Position numbers and translations under genes: made by a program
Shown: piece by piece, positions 39,700 to 51,763 of the stretch
Layout: the number at the start of each line of letters is the position of its first letter
Numbering within the stretch: position 1 is the stretch's first letter
Notes under the pieces: model-generated
Told to the model about the DNA's origin: nothing
Seen by the model: the letters and a program-made list of their open reading frames with translations, nothing else
Database searches by the model: none
DNA from: Octopus vulgaris
Lineage: Eukaryota
Reading direction: 5' to 3'
DNA: 64,000 bases
Assembly (NCBI GenBank): GCA_951406725.2
Contig: OX597816.1
Coordinates: 178,312,001 to 178,376,000, forward strand

Positions 39700-41887
39700 C
39701 AAAAAAAGATGCAAGGAAAAATAAATTTAAAAAATGTACGCTATCACTCTCTCTCACTGTCTCCCTCACACAAACACACACATCAACACACACCTTCTCT
39801 CCTCTCTCTCTCACACATACACTTTCTATCTCACACCCTACCATCAACATACACACATGTCCCTGTCATTTTCTCTCTCTTTCACTTTATGCTGACATCA
39901 AACAAAATGTACATTTCCAGTTCAAAAAAACAAATAAAAATTTTTTATTACCGAACATTGTACCATAACAGCTGATGGATCATTGACAACTCTGTGACTC
40001 AAAACAAAGGATAGCCCTTGCTGAAACTTACCTCCTGCCATAAAATCTTCAATGAGATAATGATACCAGAAATAAATCACTGCTTTAATCCCCACCCCTC
40101 AAAAAAAATCCTACCATCCAATGAGTGGAACACCTCAAACGGCATGTTTTCACTCAAAACAAATGGAATAAAGAGTACACATATCAAAACAACAATAACA
40201 CCAAGTGTGTGTGTGTGTGTGTGTACAGACTTACAATATATTCTATTGTTAAGAAACTTTTACACAATCATTCAATAAAACTCAAATAGGATAAAGAGTA
40301 CACACTTTATCTGCCTAAACAGTGCAATGGGACCTGCTTGGTGGTCAAGTCCCTGATGCCCCACTTTATTGAGGCCACCATTGTTACAGAGTGCGGGAGG
40401 TGGGGATGTTTTCATTTCAAGGATGCACCTTTATCCATCGAGGTCAGACATGCCATTTAACTTCCACAGATCGCAGTTCCAGGTGAGGCCATGCTTCACC
40501 ATGCCCATCAACAAATCCCAAGGCCAAACACTATCAGTAGCAAGCATCCATTTGGGGAAGCCGTGCTTTTCACATGGGCAACTTTATGTGGCCTGCTCCC
40601 ATGTGAGGAGTAGAAATGTTCTTTTTGTGTATGCTCCTCAGAGCAGAACACGCACTGTTGTCTATAGCGGAGTTTTATAGGCGTAGAAAGAAGAACAGGT
40701 CGTCATTGCAGCCTATGTGGTTATAAACAGGCGATTCAGAAGCAATGCCTAGACATATTCTCAAACCATGGCAACATGGCTCATGGACTCTTCCTCTTCT
40801 TTATTGCTGACTTCTCCGACAACAATGCTTATTCGGCCGATATCAGCGCTTGGCCAAGTTGTTCATAGAGTTAGGCTAGAAGGACCAGGCCCTTTATTTT
40901 TTTGTTACAGCTGATGGTAAGTTTTCCTAAGTTACTCCAATCCAGATCTCCAATGCAAACCTTTGAATCAACCTTCTCCAACCTTCTTCACTGCAGATCT
41001 CCAATGCAAACCTTCGAGGCAACCTTCTCCAATGCAGCCTTCACCAATAGTACTCCTAGGAGGGGTTAGGACTAGATCAGGACTAGTCGCTGCCTTTTAG
41101 AGGCTCCCAAGCCCCCTTTTGCTAGTTTAGCTTAAGCTTAGGTTGAGGCTTAGTTGTGATCTGAATATAACCTCTTCTGACACAGAGGATTGGAAGCCTT
41201 TTGGTCATTCTATTTTCCTTGCCAGAAGGGTTCCCAACCCATGGGCCAAGGAGGGTTAGATGATGGGGGGGGGGGTTCGAAAGGGCCAGCATGTGCAGCC
41301 TGATCACCTCTGCTAGTCAAACTTCCAACCCATGCATTCCTGTTGTGACACTGATTCTGCAAAACTGGGTTGGGTGTGAAAACGAACTTTAAAGTATAAA
41401 TATAGAATTTTTGAATCAGCAATGTTGTGTTCAGTTAAGTCCTATTTGGAGTGAAAAATCAATAAACTGATTCTTTATAGAGTTTTCCATTTAATCAGGA
41501 TAAAAGAAAAATTCATAAACTGATTCCTTATAGGATTTCCCACTAAAATTAGCTGCACCCCATTTTCAACTATAACTTTTACCAGTTTTGATGTATTTTG
41601 TTCAAACTTGATACTGGCGTTACTTAGGACTCATGAGATCTTTGAATGCTTTAAGTTCTCCAAAAGTGAAAAAATAAAAATTGATGAGTGGAAAAATCGA
41701 TAAACCAATTTCTTATGGGATTTCCCAATCAAATTGTCTGCAACCCATTTTAAGCCAAATGTTTACCAATATCAACGGATTTCACTCAAATTTTACGTCA
41801 GTATAACTTAGTTTGGTTTGAAACAAAGTGCTTGATTAGCTTAAGAATCCTAACTTAATCCCAGACAACCTCAGGCTATACTGCTAG
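39195..41887 (+). mobile_element. Decayed Helitron with PIF1-helicase C-terminal fragment (about 40310-40680)
   Basis: RSQFQVRPCFTMPINKSQGQTL...CFSHGQLYVACSHV; ends in a degenerate hairpin and ATACTGCTAG|T at 41887. 5' boundary uncertain. Confidence 0.75.
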
Positions 41888-41919
41888 TATATATATATAT
41901 ATACACACACAGTGTGTGC

Positions 41920-41996
<77 letters not shown>

Positions 41997-42116
41997 ATTT
42001 AGATTCAGATGAATACGGTGCTTAAGTTGAGGCACCAGGATTTAGTATGGTATTATCCATACAATTTAAAATAAGGTGATTATAATCAAAATAAGCAACA
42101 AGGATATTCAGAGGTA

Positions 42117-42200
42117 ATGCAGTACAATCGTTTCATGCGACTCCATTTAATTGAACAATGCATACATCAATTTAAAATGTAGAGCAATCTTCAGTTGCAC
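42117..42200 (-). ncRNA. Type-I hammerhead ribozyme, partly degenerate
   Basis: GTGCAA-CTGAAGA-TTGC...GCAT-GAAA-CGATTG-TA-CTGCAT on the minus strand, with a long stem II. Confidence 0.65.
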
Positions 42201-42486
42201 AAAAAACATAGAATTTAATTAAATTTGAAGGACACATGAGTATAATTGTATCCAAAATCTCCAAGAGGATAGACAAAGAACATGTTTTTACCAACAACAT
42301 CACAGTTGGAACTGAAACTTTTTCAAAAAAAAGACACTGCTTTTCACTGATTATTTCTGTTATTTAAATAACAGAAATGTTGATAAAACATGTTCTTTGT
42401 CTATCTCCTTATCCTCTTGGAGTATGTATGATGATGATATATATATATATATATATATACAGTGTATGTATGTGTGTGTATATATT

Positions 42487-42677
42487 TACTCTTTTACTTG
42501 TTTCAGTCATTTGACTGTGGCCATGCTGAAGCACCGCCTTTAATCAAGCAACTCTTTTGTAAGCCCAGTACTTATTCTATCGGTCTCTTTTGCCGAACCG
42601 CTAAGTAACGGGGACATAAACACACCAGCATCGGTTGTCAAGCAATGCTAGGGGGACACACAGAGACACACACACGC

Positions 42678-42734
<57 letters not shown>

Positions 42735-42870
42735 TACGACAGGCTTCTTTCAGTTTCCGTCTACCAAATCCACTCACAAGGCTTTGGTCGGCCCGAGGCT
42801 ATAGTAGAAGACACTTGCCCAAGGTGCCACGCAGTGGGACTGAACCTGGAACCATGTGCTTGGTAAACAA
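42487..42870 (-). mobile_element. SINE family A, 5'-truncated
   Basis: Lacks the A-box end and abuts the LINE C2H2 fragment. Confidence 0.85.
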
Positions 42871-42871
42871 C

Positions 42872-43215
42872 CTAGGCTGCCCCCTTGTTATCGAGTATGG
42901 CCATTGCACGAAGCTTAACTGTTACTGGTGCTGTGATCGAATGTGACTTTTTAGCCCAGCTAAAGATCTACAATGTCTTGTACAGATTTGGCAACTAAAA
43001 CCTTTACCGGACAATAGCCGGCTGGAGTTGTAACTGGGCTTCATGTACCTTTGCATGTCGTTTGAGTCCTCCTGCCGAATCACACTCTCTCTTCCACATG
43101 CCCGACAGATATGATTAGTATGGTGTGTTACACCACCACCAGTGGCCAGGTTGTCACTCATCTGTCTCGCTTTATGACTACGAAGATGACTCTTCGGTCC
43201 AGCTTTACTGAGGCA
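42872..43215 (-). mobile_element. 3' end of a LINE with C-terminal C2H2 fingers (BovB/RTE-like)
   Basis: FSCQICTRHCRSLAGLKSHIRSQHQ* plus two frameshifted upstream C2H2-like motifs (CRACGRE..., LSKAGPKSHLRSH). Confidence 0.6.
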
Positions 43216-43927
43216 GTATATATAGACACATATACTGTATATTTATTTAAAAATTAAGTGAAAACAAACAAAACTAACGAAATTATAGAGATTACAACGT
43301 ACCATTAATAAAAGGCGAGAACCTGGTCTCATTAGTAATATCAAAAAGATAAAGTTATTTCGAAAAATGTATTTGAATAACGATGTTTTCAAACCATGTA
43401 AACACAATTTCTTCAATTACTTCATTTCACTACATATTATTCTAAAAATAGTTCTAGAGAATTGTATTAAAAGATGTGGATCTCACCTTCCGATGTTAAT
43501 CAATATGCATTCGGTCCTCAGAATTTCATTTTGGTTCCTTTTTATTCAGCGAAGACTACAGCAAGGTACTCACACCATAAACCTTAATTGCCAATATCAT
43601 TCAAACGTGACTATTTTCATCGCTTGTCTGTGAGAGAAATGTTTTTCCTTTCTTTATCTGCAAAGTAGACGTTTTAACTGATGTGTATATTAAAGGGTGG
43701 AAAAATAGAAGGAAGGATACAGGACAATTATAACTTCTTTACTCGTGAATTTACTTGCAAAAGTCGAATAGGAAGAGTTTCAGCAATCTAAAGTTGTTGT
43801 TTTTTTTTTCTGTCACTACAAGTTTCTACATGTTAAAAGTCATGTCAAAGGAAAGAAGAAATTAAGAGTAACATTGCTCGACAATGTGAAAAAATTAAAT
43901 CTTCCGAAGATATTAAATTAGATTTAA

Positions 43928-44318
43928 CTAGCAGTATCGCCCGGCGTTGCTCGGGTTTGTAAGGGAAATAACTATATAAGCATTTTTAGAGAGTTATAGC
44001 CAAAAAAATGCATTAACAATGAAAAAAAAATTATGGTAATTTTTTTTTAAATCGTTTTGACTCATCGTAGACATTTTTAGAGAGTTACTTCCCTTATATA
44101 ATAGCGAAAAAATGCATTAAAATGGAAAAAATTATTGTAATTTTTTTTTTAAATCGTAGACTCATCGTAGACGCGCGCTAATACCCAGAAGGGCTCGATA
44201 TGAATCACGACTATAAGATACCCGGTTTTGGTTAAACTGCACCGCAAAATGTGGGAGTAGTTAGGAATCTAAATCGTAGGAGACAGACAGCACACAACTT
44301 CTCTTTTATATATAAAGA
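43928..44318 (-). mobile_element. Non-autonomous Helitron, same family
   Basis: Reverse-complement copy with TC and CTAG ends. Confidence 0.9.
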
Positions 44319-44609
44319 TGTAACTTTCAAACTTCGTTTTTACGACTGGAGGGAATGGATATTAAATGAAATGGTCTAAATTTTCATATCTGACGAGTTT
44401 ACTAAGTGACTATCATCAGTAATCATAATTTCGCATCCTATATTACGTTTTTAAAAATAACAACGAATAAATTACAAAGGTATGCATCTTAATTGTGAAG
44501 CAAATTTTCGATAGATTTAATATCTGTTTTGTAACAAAGAGGCTAATTTCATTTTTTACTTGAATCAAAACACTACATCGTGAGAGCTGGTCAAAAGAGA
44601 TGGCCTTAC

Positions 44610-45000
44610 CTTGTCTTGTCTCAACTCTCTTGTGTGTCAATTCTTTAAAAACCTGTTACAATTGCAAGTTACCTAGAAAATCTCAGAGTTTAGTTACCAA
44701 AAAGAATCCAAAGCAGGATAGTGGATTTTAAAGTTGCCTTTCCCCGTTTTTGGTTCCTCCATCCTGCTGCCAACATTTACCATTGTGCGTCTCACTGATC
44801 CAAACGGCAGAATTCAACTGATTTCTGGGCAGTTTTACAAAAGTATTTCGAGTGCATGACTTGAATCACCTTTTCTGTTTTAATTGATTCCACTGATTTA
44901 CATTAATTAGCCACTGAGACAGAGCAAACTTGGATTTCAAGACAGCGGCAACTGTAATGAGTTACGTTTCAAGGTTACTTACTTATCAAAGTGACTTAAT
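44610..45000 (-). promoter_or_regulatory. Candidate non-coding first exon / promoter of CCDC60
   Basis: The ATG exon has an acceptor, so a 5' UTR exon probably lies upstream. Strong CAAG|gtaagg donor at 44609 in unique sequence, with weak X-box-like GTTACCTAGAAAA near 44668. Other donors (e.g. 43571) are possible. Confidence 0.25.
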
Positions 45001-45642
45001 CAAAGTGATTCTCCAACTGACAAAAGACAGATTACTCCAAAGAATATTAGTCAAATTTTATTAATTCTTTGTTAATGATAAGACAGTCAGTTTACATCCG
45101 TATCGTTCTATTTGTTTCGTGATTACATTCCTTTCTACTAGAGGCACAAGACCTGAAATTTTGGTAAGAGGGGGGGGGGGGCTAGTCGATTACATCGCCA
45201 TTATATTGGACAAATATTAAATGTGGAAGTTTGCTCCCTCACCTCCACATTAATCACTAGTTTAAACGAAGTAGATTGCAAAATAACAGGGATTTTCATT
45301 TACCTATTGTCGACTTGCGTATACTGTTTATGAGGAACAACTGCGATTTGGACAGGGTGCTCATGTCGTCAAGTGAAGAACCCTGGCCATTGCCATCTTC
45401 GAACGCAAAGATATGTGACTGGTGACGCTTATAACGTTGAGCCAGTTCTTTATCGATTCTGAAAGGATGAAAGACGAAGCTGATCACAGTAGGAATTGAA
45501 CTCGGTGCGCAGAGAGCTACAATGAATACTGCAGAACATTCTGTCTGAATGTTTCATTTCTTCGAGGGGATGGAAGGAGGCGCGCGCTTACCAAAATAAC
45601 GTTATTACGTATCGATATATTGCAGAACAATATCGATATATT

Positions 45643-46053
45643 GCGAGCTGGCAGAAACGTTAGCACGCCGGGCGAAATGCTTAGCGGTATTTCGTCTGCC
45701 GTTACGTTGTGAGTTCAAATTCCGCCGAGGTCGACTTTGGCTTTCATCTTTTCGGAATCGATAAATTAAGTACCAGTTACGCACTGTGGTCGATGTAATC
45801 GACTTAATACCTATGTCTGTCCTTGTTTGTCCTCTCTGTATTTAGCCCCTTGTGGGTAATAAAGAAATAGGTATTTTGTCTGCCGCTACGTTCTGAGTTC
45901 AAATTCCGCCGAGGTAGACTTTGCCTTTCATCCTTTCGGGGTCGATAAATTAAGTACCAGTTATGCACTGGGGTCGATATAATCGACTTAATCCGTTTGT
46001 CTGTCCTTGTTTGTCCTCTCTGTGTTTAGCCCTTTGTGGGTAGTAAAGAAATA
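45643..46053 (+). mobile_element. SINE family C dimer with 17-bp flanking duplication
   Basis: Head plus two body/tail units; gatatattgcagaacaa at 45614-45630 and 46054-46070. Confidence 0.85.
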
Positions 46054-46804
46054 GATATATTGCAGAACAACATGATAAACGGTTTGAATTGAGCATGAAG
46101 AAGCTCACAAAATCAGGACTCAAAGTAAACGAAGTCAAATGCGAGAGCAGACAACCAAACCTCAAATTCGTTGACTACCAAGCCAGCAAAGAAGGGGTAT
46201 ATTTAGATAAAGCTATAGTCGAAATATATAGCCGCCAAAGATGTGTCAAGATTACGTACTATTCTGGGGATGATACAATAGCCGGGTTGGTTTGTTTCTG
46301 ATTCACTTGCGCTGTACTCATCACTGTCTGCTGTGCGAAGACAGAACCTAGACCTGGGATGATAAGCAGCAACAAAGCTTTGGTGTAGTGAAAATCAGTT
46401 CCCCAGTTTTTGCGTATCGAAAGAAACTATCGCAAGAACAGATCCGTGTTGCTACTTTATAAATTTTTTTTCATCAACACAAGACAAACCAAATAGAAAT
46501 ATACCGTTTGCGATTGTTAACTTTGATAGAGGGAACAAAAAAACAATAGATATTTTGGTCTCATAATTTTCTTCAATTGAAAAATATTCCTTTCCACATT
46601 TTAAATTACTGAAATTATCGTTCTATAGATACTTCTTTCAACTTATGGTGCTTGGTTTTTTTTTTTTTTTTATGGTGAAAGTTACGATGAAGGGAAGGGG
46701 GTGAGTTTTTTGTTGTTGTTTTTACAAAGATGGCAATTATAAGTGTTTTAGAATATGGAATAGATCTTTTTTATTTGGCTGCGCCCTTAGAAATTATAAA
46801 AATC

Positions 46805-47495
46805 GGATCTTTTCGGTTTGAATGGCAGTTTGTAACATAATTTCTAGGAAACTAAAAAATTTTAAACTTCGTATACTGGTAGAATTTGTTTATAAATCAT
46901 CATTTTCTCTTGGCTTTATTGAGAAAATTCTATAGTTTGTAACAAATTTCGTCTAAAATTTCTTGCATTTCAGCAATTTTAACCAATCGCTGACCGTCTA
47001 TTGAGGTGAAAGCATTCTGTGCCGCATCAATTTGTCCCTCGTTTAAGAAACAGATTGGGTTTATTTACATTTCTGAAGAAAAAAAGATACCCTTCCTTCA
47101 CCCATAACCCTAACCCTAAAATAGATTGAAATGCAATAGATCGATACTAGGATCATAATTGTGGGTGACATTTTCATTTGACACCGCTAGGAAAAACTTA
47201 GGGTTAGAGGTGGGGGAAGGGTATCTTTTTTCATCACAAATGTAAATAAACCCAATCTGTTTCTTAAACGAGGGACATATTGATGCGGCACAGAATGCTT
47301 TCACGGTCAGCGATTGGTTAAAATTGCTGAAATGCAAGAAATTTTAGACGAAATTTGTTACAAACTATAGAATTTTCTCAATAAAGCCCAGAGAAAATGA
47401 TGTTTTATAAACACATTCTACCAGTATACGAAGTTTAAAATTATTTAGTTACCTAGAAATTATGTTACAAACTGCCGTTCAAACCGAAAGGATCC
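46805..47495. mobile_element. Near-palindromic MITE related to the 819-2034 element
   Basis: GGATCTTTTCGGTTTG...CAAACCGAAAGGATCC, perfect 8-bp TSD taaaaatc, shared TTAAACTTCGTATACTGGTAGAAT motif, short ccctaa/ttaggg motifs near the centre. Confidence 0.9.
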
Positions 47496-48635
47496 TAAAA
47501 ATCTTATAGAAAACAATAAAATAACGAAAAATTGGTGTTTGTTATTAGTTCGAAGTGTCGTCTGCTTGTTGTTTTGCATGCACCCACGCACGCGCAAATT
47601 ATACAGATGAGCATATATTTCGAAAAATTGTGGTGGGCGGCCGATTTAAAATTAAAAATTATAAAATACATTTTTTCAGAATCACAATCTAAATGTATAA
47701 GGCATACTTACACAAGTGTGTGTGTGTGTGTGTGTACGTATATATATGTATGTATATATGCATGCTTTATTTATTATTTTGTTATTATATGATGGAACGC
47801 CACGCATCCACTTCCCAGTAAGTTTTATCTTAATAATAATAATGCGCACTCTTAACCTTTCTGTCCCCCTCCCTCTCTCATTCTTCCTTCTTTATGGTTT
47901 TCTCTACCACCCCTTCCTTTTCTTCTAACCTTACTGTCCCTCTCTCTCTCATTCTTCATTCTTTCTGGTTTTCTCTACAACCCTTCCCTTTTTTCTCTCC
48001 CTTTCTCCTCCTCCTCTCTCCCGTCGCTGACACGTGACCAGAGGGCCACTGCCTTTCTGACTACTGCCTCCAAGTGTAGACGGCTTCTTGTCCCTCTCTC
48101 AAGCCTTTCTCAAAGCGGTCAAAATAATTTTTCCTTTCGTCCAGGCTTAACAACCCTTAATGTTTGTGTTACTGTTATTCTCCTTGTTCTATCTTTTACT
48201 CTTTTTATTTGTATTGTCTTTGCTATCCTGTTTTTGTTACCACTTTTACTCCTCTGCAAAAAAATCTCAAATTTTATTTAATTTGCTTTGCGGGAAGGAC
48301 TGTTTCAATGAAGTCGTGTCTCGCCTTTACCTTCGAAACGCGGAGTAGACGAAGCAGAGGCGGCCGAAGAAGGGGAATGTTCCTTGTGTTGTATGTCTTG
48401 TACTCTGTTTTTTCGTTGTTTAAAAAAATGTCCGTTTCCTTGGTTTTGTTTTTGTTTTCATTCCTCATTGTGTTCGACGTTTTTTTGGTGTCCTGTACCC
48501 ATATATGCATGTATATATACATATAGATGTAGGTACGTACATATATGTATGTATATATGCATATGTTTTATTTATTATTTTGTTAGTATATATATATATA
48601 GCCAAGAAAAAAGTAACAACAACAATGGATCAGTA

Positions 48636-48725
48636 ATTCGGTACAATGGTTTCATACTGGGAACATTTTTATTTGAAGCTGCAAATATTACAGCAAATAT
48701 AATGTCAAGTATTCATCAGCCAAAT
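48636..48725 (-). ncRNA. Type-I hammerhead ribozyme (inverted twin)
   Basis: Reverse-complement copy with intact core; stem III reads CCATTG. Confidence 0.75.
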
Positions 48726-48921
48726 CACATATATGTTTTCCAACCATCCTAGAAAGTGTAAATATCCTTATGAAGCTTTTTAAAAAACTTTTTTAAAAAC
48801 TGTGCATTGTTGGAAGACATATAAAGTCTGCTTATTACCTTACTTCTAAGTCATGGAACTCACTCTGAATACTTCATAAGGATATTTACACTTTCTAGGA
48901 TGGTTGGAAAACATATATGTG

Positions 48922-49011
48922 ATTTGGCTGATGAATACTTGACATTATATTTGCTGTAATATTTGCAGCTTCAAATAAAAATGTTCTCAGTATGAAACAA
49001 TTGTACCGAAT
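48922..49011 (+). ncRNA. Type-I hammerhead ribozyme
   Basis: ATTTGG-CTGATGA-ATACT...AGTAT-GAAA-CAATTG-TA-CCGAAT: 6-bp stem I, intact core, stem II, palindromic stem III, GUA cleavage triplet. Confidence 0.85.
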
Positions 49012-49163
49012 TACTGATCCATTGTTGTTGCTACTTTTTTCTTGGCTATAATCACCCCATATATTTTTATGGTTAATACCATAAAGAATTCTGGTGCATC
49101 TAAGTTAAGTACCATATTCACTTGAATTCATTTGAATTCATTTGAATCTTAATTGCTTTGCTG

Positions 49164-49208
<45 letters not shown>

Positions 49209-49305
49209 CGGGAAGCTTTATGAAAATAAACAAAAGACGAAGGCAGGTGGAATACAAACAAACAATTGTATTAGTATGGCGCTCAGGAATATAAATAAAA
49301 CAAGT

Positions 49306-49341
49306 CTTTTACGTTTCGAGCCTACGCTCTTCAACAGAAAG
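49306..49341 (-). ncRNA. Minimal hammerhead with a core substitution (CUGUUGA)
   Basis: CTTT-CTGTTGA-A-GAGC-GTAG-GCTC-GAAA-CG-TA-AAAG; same family as 54881. Confidence 0.55.
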
Positions 49342-49419
49342 ATACACAGAAAAGAAACACAGAAAGAAAAAGGAGAGAAAAAAATGCGTGCAGAGGCTAG
49401 CGAATCAACATGGCGATCA

Positions 49420-49452
<33 letters not shown>

Positions 49453-49478
49453 TGTATGTATGTATATATGTGTATGTA

Positions 49479-49512
<34 letters not shown>

Positions 49513-49572
49513 TGTATATATATATGTATATGTATGTATATATATATGTATGTATGTATGTATATGTGTATG

Positions 49573-49611
<39 letters not shown>

Positions 49612-49632
49612 GTATGTATGTATATGTGTCTG

Positions 49633-49670
<38 letters not shown>
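49420..49670. repeat. Compound (TA)n/(TATG)n microsatellite; similar tracts at 41888-41996, 49170-49206, 51671-51759, 57945-58066, 61461-61521 and 62304-62349
   Basis: Direct reading. Confidence 0.95.
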
Positions 49671-49672
<2 letters not shown>

Positions 49673-49797
49673 TCCCCTCCCCCACTCGTGATGTCCTACG
49701 TTTTATTTCCTGCGAACCTGTACCAACCCTACCTGTCATCGTTCCTCCTTACCCCAACCCTCCCCACTGGTGCTTCCCTATATTACCTGTACCCCCA

Positions 49798-50137
49798 AAA
49801 AGCACCATCCGAACATGGCCGATGCCAGCGCCGCCCCGACTGGCCCCTGTGCCGGTGCCACATAAAAAAAACAAAAAAAAACGCTGGCACATTAAAGGCT
49901 CGAACCGATCGTGACCAATGCCAGACCCCCCCCTGGCACCTGTGCAGGTGGCACGTAAAAAGCACCCACTACACTCTCGGAGTGGTTGGCGTTAGGTAGA
50001 GCATCCAGCCGTAGAAACTCTGCCAGATCAGACTGGAGCCTGGAGCAGCCCCTGGCTTCCCAGACCCCGGTCGAACCGTCCAACCCGTGCTAGCACGGAA
50101 AACGGACGTTAAACGATGATGATGATGATGATGATGA
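49798..50137 (+). mobile_element. RTE 3'-UTR insertion
   Basis: Family motifs and (GAT)n tail. Confidence 0.85.
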
Positions 50138-50216
50138 TATATATATATATATAAAGAATAAGAAGAAAATGGAGAGGTAATTAATAAAATTATTTATTAA
50201 TTATAAAATATTACAT

Positions 50217-50288
50217 CTCTGACAGCTGTTTCGATTCAGAAATCTTTATAAAATTAAAATCATTATAAGATGAATCTCTTCAGAGGTA
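50217..50288 (-). ncRNA. Type-I hammerhead ribozyme with short stem I
   Basis: CCT-CTGAAGA-GATTCA...TGAATC-GAAA-CAGCTG-TC-AGAG on the minus strand. Confidence 0.65.
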
Positions 50289-50698
50289 GTAAGGATATAC
50301 CGATTAGCAATACATGTTGAGATAAAGGCTATGGAACCAATCTAATATAGGGGGAGAAAGTACTATATATTATTATATGTCTTAAAGAAACAAAAGAAGA
50401 GATTAATATAATATCATAGGGTATTGAGAATGAGAAAAGAAAAGAAAAAGAAGGAAAAATGAAAGCAAAAAAACATGGATTTATAAATATAAAATATAAA
50501 ATAATAATTCCACCATCCAACATAGGTTTTTTTTTTTATATCATAGTCTTTTACCTTAAAGGCTTGAAATAAATTTTAAGGGATGAACAGATATAATTTG
50601 TATTATGATATTTTCTCTTTCCATATTATTCTGGATTTGCTGTTTATACATTTATTGAATTAAACTTTATTGCATTTTGATTATAAACATAAACAATA

Positions 50699-50862
50699 GG
50701 CGCAGGAGTGGCTGTGTGGTAAGTAGCTTGCTAACCAACCACATGGTTCCGGGTTCAGTCCCACTGCGTGGCATCTTGGGCAAGTGTCTTCTACTATAGC
50801 CCCGGGCCGACCAATGCCTTGTGAGTGGATTTGGTTGACGGAAACTGAAAGAAGCCTGTCGG

Positions 50863-50896
<34 letters not shown>

Positions 50897-51110
50897 TTGT
50901 GTATCTGTGTTTTGTCCCCCTAGCATTGTTGACAACCGATGCTGGTGTGTTTACGTCCCCGTCACTTAGCGGTTCGGCAAAAGAGACCGATAGAATAAGT
51001 ACTGGGCTTACAAAGAATAAGTCCCGGGGTCGAGTTGCTCGACTGGGGGCGGTGCTCCAGCATGGCCGCAGTCAAATGACTGAAACAAGTAAAAGAGTAA
51101 GAGTAAGAGT
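50699..51110 (+). mobile_element. SINE family A
   Basis: Full-length copy. Confidence 0.9.
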
Positions 51111-51256
51111 ATACAAAAAGAGCCGGCAACAGAAGGATCCATTCTAATATAGGGGAGAAAGTAGTGTATATTATTACTAGCAGTATCGCCCGGCGTTGCT
51201 CGGGTTTGTAAGGGAAATAACTATAAAGCATTTTTAGAGAGTTATAGCCAAAAAAT

Positions 51257-51665
51257 ACTCTTTTACTCTTTTACTTGTTTCAGTCATTTGACTGCAGCCA
51301 TGCTGGAGCACCGCCTTTAGTCGAGCAAATCGACCCCAGGACTTGTTCTTTGTAAGCCCAGTACTTATTCTATCGGTCTCTTTTACGAACCGCTAAGCGA
51401 CGGGAACGTAAACACACCAGCATCGGTTGTCAAGCAATGCTAGGGGGACAAACACAGACACACAAACACACACACACACATACATATATATATATACATA
51501 TATACGACAGGCTTCTTTCAGTTTCTGTCTATCAAATCCACTCACAAGGCATTGGTCGGCCCGGGGCTATAGCAGAAGACACTTGCCCAAGATGCCATGC
51601 AGTGGGACTGAACCCGGAACCATGTGGTTGGTAAGCAAGCTACTTACCACACAGCCACTCCCGCG
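51257..51665 (-). mobile_element. SINE family A, tail-to-tail with the previous copy
   Basis: Reverse-complement copy directly after a Helitron 3'-end fragment (51177-51256). Confidence 0.9.
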
Positions 51666-51667
51666 TA

Positions 51668-51763
<96 letters not shown>

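Larger units (their letters stand above)
48597..49050. repeat. Inverted repeat with 179-bp arms and 96-bp spacer
   Basis: 48597-48775 is the reverse complement of 48872-49050 with few mismatches. Confidence 0.95.

Noticed and set aside
46089-46301. 70-aa plus-strand ORF as a head-to-head partner gene
   Set aside because: No recognisable domain and no supporting downstream exons found.
49218-49999. Long YIYI/VCMY ORFs (also 15939-16385 and 51427-51930)
   Set aside because: Translations of dinucleotide and tetranucleotide repeats.
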